NCBI GenBank assembly: GCA_965203295.1
Contig: CBDBCZ010000018.1
Coordinates: 544,001-608,000, forward strand
Origin: Nitrospirales bacterium
GTDB taxonomy: Bacteria > Nitrospirota > Nitrospiria > Nitrospirales > UBA8639
DNA: 64,000 bases
Reading direction: 5' to 3'
Both the position numbers and the translations under genes were made by a program. The notes beneath the pieces are model-generated. The model saw only the letters and a program-made list of their open reading frames with translations, was not told the DNA's origin and ran no database searches. Positions 23,952 through 34,900 of the stretch are shown here, in pieces. Position 1 is the stretch's first letter; the number at the start of each line of letters is the position of its first letter.

Positions 23952-24114
23952 TAGTCTTGCGGGCCAGACTTCACTTCCAAGGAGAGTTACGTCTGGACAC
24001 TATATATATGACTATATTTCCGTTGCACTCTGCAGGAATGTGGGAAGAGCCAATTAGATTGTTGTTCTTCGTAGATTGCGTATTGGTCACATAGTTGGGC
24101 TGGTACTGAGACTA
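23952..24114. mobile_element. MITE with TAGTCT...AGACTA termini (also at ~48641-48801)
   Basis: Short inverted termini TAGTCT(C)..GCCAG / CTGG..GAGACTA; related end motifs at 2311-2325 and ~62111. Confidence 0.5.
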
Positions 24115-24267
24115 AGTCCTAGCTGTGAGGCACCGTAAACTCGGGCCCCCTCTGAGAGTTAATATTATTAGGACATGTCATGCTCAATTACAATGCGCGC
24201 TTTGAGATAAAGTGTGCTATTTCAGTTCATGAACAGCTAATGCTTGCAATATTCCAATACTATCACC

Positions 24268-24328
24268 TAGCCTCGTTCCCAGGCCTGCACCTCAGCTTTT
24301 GTCGGAGTGGAGCCTGGGAACTGGGCTA
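24268..24328. mobile_element. 61-bp hairpin MITE with 8(-9)-bp TSD CTATCACC
   Basis: TIRs present; CTATCACC at 24260-24267 and 24330-24337; empty site in the paralogous block (~48950). Confidence 0.75.
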
Positions 24329-24449
24329 GCTATCACCAGTCTCAGAGGAATGGTGTACTTTCCACAATAGTGCACTCAACTGCTACTATCTTAACCATAT
24401 CCCTAACATAACCCTATCCCTAACTGATATATACATGTAGTCCTAACCA

Positions 24450-25789
24450 CACTGCCAAGTGTAAGTACAGCGAGTGAGCATAGCTGCGGTGTATTTAAGT
24501 GCGGGTATTTTTGCGACTCAGCCTGTCGCAAGAATAGCGATGAAATAATTACACGTGAACTACATCCTGGGTGTGGCGAAACTGAGATATTTTCGCGAGC
24601 CATGCAGGCGGCGCTCGACTGTAGTATAAAGGAATCATTGGCAATGGCATGCTGAGCTACGAAAAGTAAGTCTTATCTGGTCTTGGCATCTCTGCGTGCA
24701 GCATAGTTTCAAGGGTCAGACATGGCTGGCACAGGAGTGGAGAGACAAGTTGTGCTGCTTGAAAGTCATGTTAGTTAGTTAGTTAGTTAGTTAAATTTTC
24801 ATTTTAAACAGGAAGATGTCCCTTCAGCCAACAGATGGCTGGTCCTCCAGGGAGTCCTGTGACATGAATACACAACACACAAACACAAATAGACAGCACA
24901 CAGATAAAAAAGTTGCAAATAAATAGATACAAAAACACCAGTTAGGAATAGCTATAGCCGGTCCAGGATTCGGCGTGCCTTCAGTCGTCGCTGAAATGCC
25001 TCAGATCCCAGTTCTCTCACGCTGACAGGCAGCCTGTTCCAATCCCATGCTCCCCTGAATGTAAATGACCTCCTAAGAAACTCAATGTAGTGAGACAAGT
25101 TGTGCTGCTTGAAAGTCATGTAGTGAACATGTAACTTTTTATTTTAGTTATGCACTACCATCAGCTGACTTTCTCATTGATTTCACTGTCACCTCTATTC
25201 ACCCTATTCAACAATGGTTTCTGTAGGTACCTCATGATCCATGCCTGACGTGTATATTATCCTTTTCTAGAACTTTCTCTAGCCTTCACTGTTTGGTATA
25301 TAAGTGCATATCTGCTGAATATCAAGTTTTAAGTAACCATTCCAAGCTACTACAGTCACATTCGCATCGCTCTCGATTGTGCCGTCCGTTTCTAACGCTG
25401 ATATCTTTACTTATACTGAAGCTACATAAATTCTACTAACCTGGGAGCTGTAGTAAGCCTCCCTTGGTAAAATATGTGGTGGATTTGTCCAGATCTCTGC
25501 CCCTAGTTGCACAGCAGGTTTGAAGATGGCGTGCATGAAGCCGCCTGAGACGCCATTTTGAACACGTTCCTCCATAAAGCCCATATAAATTGTGTATAGT
25601 TTTGTTTTGAGCATATCTCCTCACAGAAAATGGAAGTAGAGAAACCCCACTTTTATTATATTCATCACCCAAAAATCGCATGGTGAAGTTTTGTCCCTCT
25701 GTGACACCTCCTTCACGCCAATCTGTAATATTTATTTACTTATTGTATATACACCCCCTTTTCCAGTCTCATCTTTACACTTGGCAGTG
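24450..25789. mobile_element. Non-autonomous CACTG-terminated (CMC/EnSpm-like) element (also at 49073-50594)
   Basis: Perfect 15-bp inverted repeat CACTGCCAAGTGTAA (24450-24464) / TTACACTTGGCAGTG (25775-25789). Flanks are CA / TA. No empty site is present in the window. Confidence 0.55.
24771..25091 (-). mobile_element. 5'-truncated LINE (L2/CR1-group) 3' fragment with (CTAA)n tail and 29-bp flanking direct repeat (also at 49375-49688)
   Basis: The minus strand reads YIEFLRRSFTFRGAWDWNRLPVSVRELGSEAFQRRLK, typical of the ORF2 C-terminus, followed by a 3' stem-loop region and tail. GAGACAAGTTGTGCTGCTTGAAAGTCATG occurs at 24742-24770 and 25092-25120. Confidence 0.8.
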
Positions 25790-25979
25790 TATACATATCA
25801 GTGAAATAACTATTGTAGTAAACCTGCTGCATATTCATATTGCATGTACAAGATAAAAAAGGATGGGTACTAAAACCTATGCTTACATAAACACACCCTA
25901 TCAGTTTATGTAGCTGCCACAGTATCAGTGATAAACTCCAAATAAACTAGTGTATGGAAGCAGCTGCAAAATGAGACAG

Positions 25980-28900
25980 TTAGTTACACTTTTCATCGAG
26001 CTTTCTTTGAACTCCGTTAATAATTTTTCGAATTAACTCCACCCTGGAGGCACTTTGCTCAGTAGCAATCTGCAAAATTATTTGCGATGTTGTTCGGACC
26101 ACAGGGTTGCAGGAATTCTCAGTGAGGATGGCATCACAGATGGCTTCATCACTAATGAAGTGACCAGCTATAATGCTATTAGTATCATTTGCTGGAGAGA
26201 GTGTGTCAAAAAGCTCTGACATCAGTTTATCAAGAGTACCCTGTAAAGGACACAAGTAAAGTGAGTTTCATCTGTTATAATTATTTATAGCCCAGTGCGA
26301 TTTTACAATACACAATGTCATGAATAGAAAATTTCTTGGCGAAGTTAAGTATTGGATTGCAATAGGTTCTGCAAACTACTAGCTATCAGGCTGTGCACAG
26401 CAGCATTAGGGTATGGATACCATGAATGTGAAGACTACACCATTACAATGTAAAGCTAATGCTTTTGTATTTATGTAGCTACTGTGTTGTGGTAAGACTC
26501 CTTTTTTTCCATTTAGGAAGCAATGGCTGAGTTGGCAGATAGTACTAGGTACTTGCTTTCTATGGAGATAAACACGTATTATGACAATCCCGGGTAGACA
26601 ATTCCATCACATAATAATTGTTTCGATCACCACCTTGCATTGTGATAGCTCTGAACTACCATTTAATTAAGGGTGGGGTAAATTGTAATATCCTGGACAT
26701 TCTTCTAATTTACACTAATTCACCTCTCTAACTGTTAGTAGTTGTTAATGTAATCAGGACACGCTTTAGATTTCCTACTGTATAGTGCTAATAGTGTTAT
26801 GACCATTTTTGGTTCCTTCTACCTAGCACCTTTCCTTTCCCTTATTGCTATAAAGTGTATTGCTGTTTAGTTATTGTCAGTTGTTGTTGTTCTTGTAGTA
26901 TCAATTGTCTATTCCATGGTCTATTGTCGAACTATCCTGTTTGGCTCTCGCATGCGCAGCGATACTATATCTGGCGACGAGGATTTTCCGAGACCTCGCA
27001 AGCACTAATGGCAACTCAGTACGGACGACTCCGGGAATTCCACCCAGAGACCGATACTATCAAGGCCTACCTTGAGCGCGTAGACCTCTATTTTGCGGCC
27101 AATGAAGTCGCCGAAGACAAGCGAGTTCCTATCCTGTTGAGCTCGATCGGACCTTCGACATATGCGCTTCTCAGTGACTTAACCGCACCGGCCTCTCCTG
27201 GAGGCAAGACTCTTCTGCAAATTGGAGATCTTCTCCGCGGACATTACGAACCAAAGAGATCTGTCATAGCAGAAGATTCCACTTTCATAAACGGGAGCAA
27301 GCCGCTGGAGAGACCATTAAGGATTTTGACGCCTCGCTCAGACGACTCGCCACTCACTGCGAGTTTGGCGCAACACTTGAAGACACGCTCCGAGATCGTT
27401 TCGTCTGTGGACTACGCCACGAGATAATCCAGCGACGCCTCTTATCGGAGAAGGACCTTACTTACGCCAAGGCGCTGGACCTCGCGCGCGCCATGGAATC
27501 CGCAGACTCACAAACGAAAGCCTTCAAATCCACAGAGCCTGCGATTCACCAGTTCACTCGCCAAACGCCAAAGACGCAGACGAAAACTCCTTGCTATCGC
27601 TGTGGGCGCGGCTCTCATTCCCCGAGCGAGTGCAAGTTCAGAGAGGCAACGTGTCACCAGTGTAAGAAGAAAGGCCACATCGCGCCGGTGTGCCGTTCGA
27701 AAACCCGACAACAGCCTCTGACTCCCCAGACCAGGTCGACTGGGGGCCACAAGCAGAAACACCGCCGAGCTCACCATGTCCACGAAGAAGTTTCGCCTTC
27801 AGCGTCAGACACGGACGCCAGCAGCGGGGACGAATATCACCTGCACAAATTGGACGAACGTTCCTCGCGACCCATCGCCGTCAAAGTTCTCGTAAATGAG
27901 CGACCTCTCACGATGGAGCTAGACACCGGAGCCGCGGTCTCCATCATTTCGGAGGAGACGCGCAAGGCACTCTTACCTGACGTGAAGCTGCGGAAGTCCG
28001 CCCTCGTGTTGAAGACTTACACCGCCGAGCCAATGGAGGTGACGGGCCAACTGAACGTGAAGGTGGAGTACGGAAGCCAGAGAGAGAAGTTGGTGTTGAT
28101 CGTAGTGAAAGGAGGGGGACCAAGCCTTTTTGGACGAAACTGGCTGAAATACCTACGCTTGGATTGGAGTACGATCGCCCCCATTCATGCAGTTCGAGTG
28201 AAAACTCTGAATGCATTGCTGAACGAACACCAACCGCTGTTCGCTGAGGAACTTGGAAAAGTGGAGCCATACAGAGTGACCCTGCAAGTCCAACCTGATG
28301 TCACGCCAAGGTTTTTCAAACCTCGCCCGGTTCCGTTTGCCATCCGAGATGCCGTTGGGAAGGAGTTGGATCGTCTGGAACGAGAAGGCATCATCGAGAA
28401 GGTGTCCTACAGTGATTGGGCAGCCCCCATTGTACCTGTGCCCAAGAAGGACGGCCGATTCAGGATATGTGGGGACTACAAGGTTACTATTAACCAAGCC
28501 CTCTCGGTGGAGCAGTATCCACTTCCCAAGCCGGAAGACCTGTTCGCCACACTCGCCGGTGGACAGGCATTTTCCAAACTCGACCTCTCCCAAGCCTATC
28601 TACAGGTGCAACTTGATGAGCAGACAAAGCCCTATCTCACCGTGAACACCCACCAGGGCTTGTACCGGTACACGAGACTCCCCTTTGGTGTGGCGTCCGC
28701 CCCTGCCCTTTTCCAAAAAATGATGGACACTGTCCTGCAGGGAATACCAGGGGTCATCTGCTATATCGACGACATCCTCGTCACAGGGAATGACGCAGAG
28801 AGCCATCTACAATCACTGAAAGAAGTGCTCATGCGACTGGAGAAGCATGGGTTCCGTCTCAAGCGAGACAAGTGCGAATTCCTGCTGCCGACAGTTGAGT

Positions 28901-31900
28901 ATCTTGGCCATCAGGTCAGCAAAGATGGCATTAAGCCACTCCCCAGCAAGGTAGCAGCCATCAACCAAGCTCCAACGCCCAGAAACATCCAAGAGCTACG
29001 TTCCTTTTTAGGGCTACTCAACTATTATGGGAAATTCATCCCCAACTTATCCACACTCCTCCACCCGCTGAATGCACTTCTCCAGAACGACCATCCTTGG
29101 AAGTGGAGTGAGAAATGTTCCAAGGCCTTCCGCCTCGCAAAGGAGCACCTGACGTCAGCACAACTGCTCACACACTATGACCCATCTTGGCAGCAGATGC
29201 ATCAGCCTATGGGATAGGAGCAGTTATCTCCCACACATTCCCAGATGGTTCCGAGCGTCCCATCGCCTTTGCCTCACGCACCCTCACCTCAAGCGAGAAG
29301 AATTACGCTCAACTCGAAAAGGAGGCGCTGTCATTGGTATTCGGAGTAAAAAAATTCCACCAATACCTGTACGGAAGACCGTTCACCCTAATCACGGATC
29401 ATCAGCCCCTCACAACAATCCTGGGACCCAAGAAGGGTATCCCTTCCTTGGCAGCGGCTCGACTTCAACGATGGGCCATTCTACTTTCTGCCTACAAGTA
29501 CACCATCAAGTACAAGACATCACAGGCCCACAGCAACGCTGATGGACTATCTCGCCTACCTCTACCAGCACTCAACACCCGGCCCGGTAGTGAAGATAGC
29601 ATCTTCAACATCTGCCAAGTCCAAGCCCTTCCTGTGTCCTGCAAGGACATCCAGAAAGCCACCCGACAGGACAAGACCTTAGCAAAAGTGCTCAACTATA
29701 CCCGAACGTGATGGCCGGACAAAGTACCAGATGAGCTCAAACCCTACCAATCTCGGTCCAACGAAATCGGAATTGAAGCCGAATGCCTCATGTGGGGCAT
29801 ACGAGTGATCATCCCCGAGAAACTGCAAGCCCGAGTCCTGAAATCTCTGCACAAGAACCATTCCGGGATTACCCGAATGAAGGCCATCGCGAGAAGCTAC
29901 TTTTGGTGGCCTGGACTCGATAAGGCAATCGAAGACCTCGCCAAATCTTGCACAGCTTGCCAAGCTATTCAAGCCTCACCAGTCGTTGCCCCCCTACACC
30001 CGTGGGTATGGCCCGAGACCCCATGGAAGCGGATCCATGTGGACTTTGCCGGTCCTTTTATGGGCAAAATGTTCTTCATCATCGTCGATGCCCACTCCAA
30101 GTGGCCAGAAGTTGTCACCATGTCAGCTACCACCTCAAAGCACACTATCGATGCTCTTCGCTCAGTTTTTGCTCATTTTGGCCTGCCTGAACAACTTGTC
30201 TCAGATAACGGACCACAGTTTTCCTCCTCTGAGTTTGCTTCATTCATGAAGGAGTGCGGAATCAAGCATGTTCGCTGCTCACCTTATCATCCTTCCTCAA
30301 ATGGCCTCGCCGAGAGATTTGTTCGAACGTTCAAACGAGCTATGCGTGCAGGAGAAAAAGACGAGCCTTCTATCCATCGCCGTCTATCGGATTTTCTATT
30401 CAGCTACCGATCAACCCCTCATGCAACAACCAACACCTCTCCCAGTGAACTCTTCTTGCAGCGCAAACTGCGTACCCAGTTTGACTTGCTGAAGCCTAGC
30501 ATCAAAGGAACTGTAGAAGCTCATCAAGCGGCTCAGAAGGTTAACCATGACCAACACTCAAAGCTTCGAAGCCTCGATCTAGGATCTCTTGTCATGGTCA
30601 AGGATTTCCGTCATTCTAAACAGTGGATCCCTGGGACCATTGTCAAGAAACTTGGACCACTGACCTACCACGTGGATGTTGGTAACGGACAGATCCTGAA
30701 GCGCCATGTTGACCACCTGACCCTCCGTCAAGAATCGTCAGTAGAGGATATCACGATTACCGCATCAGACTCAACCATCCAAGACAATTTTCACTATCCG
30801 GAATCAGATTCCCCCGTTCCGACACCTCCGGTAGAGAACCCTCAGGGGCCACGCTACCCCCAGCGTGAACGACGACCTCCTGATCGCCTGATGCAAGTCA
30901 CCACAGGTTGAATCCCAGTTTCACACTTAGTGGGAGGAAGATGTAATATCCTGGACATTCTTCTAATTCACACTAATTCACCTCTCTAACTGTTAGTAGT
31001 TGTTAATGTAATCAGGACACGCTTTAGATTTCCTACTGTATAGTGCTAATAGTGTTATGACCATTTTTGGTTCCTTCTACCTAGCACCTTTCCTTTCCCT
31101 TATTGCTATAAAGTGTATTGCTGTTTAGTTATTGTCAGTTGTTGTTGTTCTTGTAGTATCAATTGTCTATTCCATGGTCTATTGTCGAACTATCCTGTTT
31201 GGCTCTCGCATGCGCAGCGATACTATATAAATAAATTAAATGTGGAAAGTAATACCACTCATAATGGTGTAATGTTTGTTTTCTTGCTAGGACTGCTATA
31301 GGAACAAATCCAAACCCGTGTGCAGAGAGCTGAATACCCAGGAAAGGCTTCTAACTCATGAGATTCTCAGCTCTCTAGGACAGCATTTGTGTCCTAATCA
31401 GTGGCGTAGCTACACCCGGGCCTACCCGGGCACAGGCCCAGGTAAACAGTGTGCGTGCCCAGGCAAACGTACGCCTTCTACTGTTACGTCATACTATTTC
31501 CGCGGTAGCAGTGGAGCGCTCGTGATTCTCATGGCTCTCTCACTGGCTCTGAATCATCCACGCCTTTAAAACAAAGCTATTCCACCATTGCTACTATTAT
31601 ACTGAAGCATTACATCCACTGGAATGTATCTGACCACTGTAAAAAAATAAAAATTACTGCAAAATGAAAAATTTCCGCGCTTCGCGTGAAGCCAGGTACG
31701 CTTCACGTTGCTGCATTACCCATGTCCAACCAGTGCCCGGGTAGCGCTCAGTCTCTAGCTACGGCACTGGTCCTAATTTGTGCGGCAGTAAAGTTCTTCT
31801 ACACTCTATAGTTGTTTCCTAACAAAATCGTGGTTGGTGGCACACTAACAAAAAAGGGGTGGCTGGACAGGAGGTCCCAGCAAAAAAAAGTCCATGATGC

Positions 31901-34900
31901 ACAACCTCTTTTTTGCAGACCCCCCAAAACAACCTACCAACTGTGTCACGAAGTGTCATAATTACGTCATAAATAGTTAATTAACCATGCATTGACATCA
32001 TAAAATGGTTAACCAACCCTAACTCAGCACTCGAGTGACCATGGCTGAAGGCAGTGGCAAGTTGCTTCTGAGTAGCGATGATGTGAGATCAGTGTCACTA
32101 GTGCATGCAAGTACATGTGAACTGTACACAGTGTGATGCATAATGGATATGAGGCTGCTTGTGCTGCCAAAATCTGAACTCTTGTCGGCAAAAAAATCCC
32201 CTAGTTTTTGGGACCTTTTTTGCTAACCTGCCAAAACAACCAACCAACTTGGTGGGTGTGCGTCGTACCTTTTTTCAAGTATGGCCCCCCGGGCTGGATA
32301 ACTTAAAGCCCAAGAAAAATATCATCATAGCAAAGTTGTATTTACATGTGTACGCCTCTACTTACAAGGTCTTTCTCCCTTCTTGTTGTACTGTTGTCAC
32401 CGTTGTCACCGTTTCCAAGGCAACCTGTACACCACAAAAAATACTAACCAAATTAAAAGTGCTTGGTGATACCAAATGGTAGACAGTGGTAGACTTAGTA
32501 TACTATTTGAATGGCAACAGTGTCTTGAACCACCTTCTTTAGCCTTATGCAGAAACAACCAGAAATGATAGTACAGGAGTTAAAAGTCTGGTAATAGCTA
32601 CTTTAGCATCTATGCTTACAATTTGTATATGTAATAGCATGGGTTGCTGTGCAATTTGGGATGAATTGCACAAGTAATGCAACCAGGAAGGAATCAATTG
32701 CACGAGGCGAAGCCGAGTGCTATTTACCTTTCTGGCTGCATTACGAGTGCAATTCATCACAAAATTGCACAGCAACCCATGCTGTTACAAATTAATCATC
32801 ATAGCACTATTTGCTTTTCACATTAGTGTCAAGGCATATGCATATAGTCAGAGTCACTGTCAACAATAATTGCATGAGATTGCTTTCTGTGTTGTACATT
32901 GGTATAACGTTTTGTAGACGTGCAGTACTAGTGTTTGGTCAAAAAAAGACATTACAACTGACACATAGGCCTACTGCGGTCACGCGAGACTATAATACTG
33001 TGGCTGAGCGAAGGGTGTAGAAGGTTAAGGGGGCAGATACTGTGGAACAGGCATGCAAAAGGAGGCTGAGAGTGCAGTACAGAAGTGGAATGATGCTGAG
33101 GAATTACAGTAAAATAAAAGGCGAAGCGATTCGTTTTCTGCAGAGGCAGTGTCGTGGGTGGAGCTGGGTGAGGGCGGGGCAATGGGAGGGTCAACCGTGG
33201 CTTGAAGTTGAACGGAAGCGAACCAACAATACGATCGAAATTTTGATCGGAATTGTCGCTACTTGCAAGGAACTCGAGAATAGACGGAGAGAAAAACTCA
33301 CTTAGAGAAGCTTTAGCCATGCTAGAAACTGCTATAGCGCTCCCTGGTAACCACATTTTGCACAGCTAGTTACCTCGAGGCACGCTAGCCGTGCAAAAAA
33401 GTGAAATCCGTTTTCTATTGGTCAGTAACCGTGCAATTTCAAAACCAAATGCATTCTTGTCTATGTGTCTATAGTACAGTGACTACGACGCCTATATGAT
33501 TAGACATCAAAATCAAAATTCATAAAAGTTTAATGATCAGAACAGCAGTTTAGCTGCAGCTTATTATTATAATGGCGATTATGGTGGTTTGGTAGCAAGA
33601 CTTGGTATATGAATCTGTGTACTCCGCTCTCTTTTGGATAGTCAACTTCTAGCAAGAGTGCCATTGCATATACAGTATATGCTAACTATTTTGAGAATAA
33701 GCCAGCAATCATCACATACCGTGGTTTGAACACGGGGATATGTCCACTGGCACTGTGCGCAACAGAAGGCACAATTCTATTATTGAAATAACAACTATCA
33801 TGCATCGGTAAGTAGATTGACCTCCAGGAAAGTGAAGCTGTTTTTGTCAATGCACACACAGCATGCTGCCTTGAAATTAAAGTACATTAAATGTCGGAGA
33901 TCTAAACAAGTCTATCATACTGTATATAAAAAAAGCTATATTGTAACTGGAGATCTTACAAGCTCCGCCTGTGTATGTGGGTGTGTGGTAAGCACTACAG
34001 TGACATGAGTACATTATTAAGAAGCTCCTAAGTTAGTAGGGTTATTAGGATTTGAGGGTGGAAGGTATAATTATGGGGTCTGTATCCATCTAAAGTTTAG
34101 GTGCGCTTGTGCATAATTTTATTGGTAAATGCTTACCAGGCAGATCAAGCTCCAGAAGGTCAAAACAAATAACGAACATCACAAATCCACTTCCACGAGT
34201 CCTTTCACCCGTACGAAATGTAACAGTGAAGGTACCTGACAGGGTAAAAAGATTAACTACAATGTCATGTGTATGCAAGAGTCAATAATCTGATGGATTG
34301 GAGTTGACTGGAATGATAAGTGATCAGGTAGACTTCAAGTATTAGTTATATCACCCTCACAAGTGATGTTGCAGATTTATAAGCCCGACACCCAAGGGCG
34401 TGTAGCGCCCGAGGGGGAGGGCTTATAAACTGCAACAGGTGATATAACAGATTTATAGCCCCTTGCTAGGTGATTGCCTTTGAAGTTTATATAGGCACTC
34501 TTCACACCTGATATAGGCACTCTTCATACCTGATATAGGCACTCTTCACACCGGATATAGCTGATTCAGCTCTTCTGGGGGTATGTTGCTCATTTATAGG
34601 GCCTCTATAAACTTAGCAACCACCTAGCAACGGGCTACAGGTGCATACTATAATATATACGGCAAAAGAGAGTATACAATGAATGGAAAGGAACAACAGA
34701 TTGCTAGATCAAATTACTGTGACTCCTACTACTGGTTGAGAGTCAAATAATAATAGCACATGTGGACAGTACTTGGTTTCTCTTGAAACTAAAACCCCAA
34801 TATCACCATAGATTGGGTTCACTCGTAAAACCATCTGTCTGTGACTGTTTTCAAATGTTTCGTTTTGTCACTTTCAGCAGACGGGAAGTATAGTGTTATT

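Larger units (their letters stand above)
26684..31227 (+). mobile_element. Ty3/Gypsy LTR retrotransposon, Mag-like clade, structurally complete but coding-defective
   Basis: 286-bp LTRs at 26684-26969 and 30942-31227 with one visible mismatch. TSD TAAAT at 26679-26683 and 31228-31232; empty site in A (~417) and C. PBS and PPT present; domain order gag-PR-RT-RH-IN. Confidence 0.97.

Noticed and set aside
27508..30492. Antisense and alternate-frame ORFs within the retrotransposon
   Set aside because: Shadow ORFs of the GC-richer gag-pol coding sequence.
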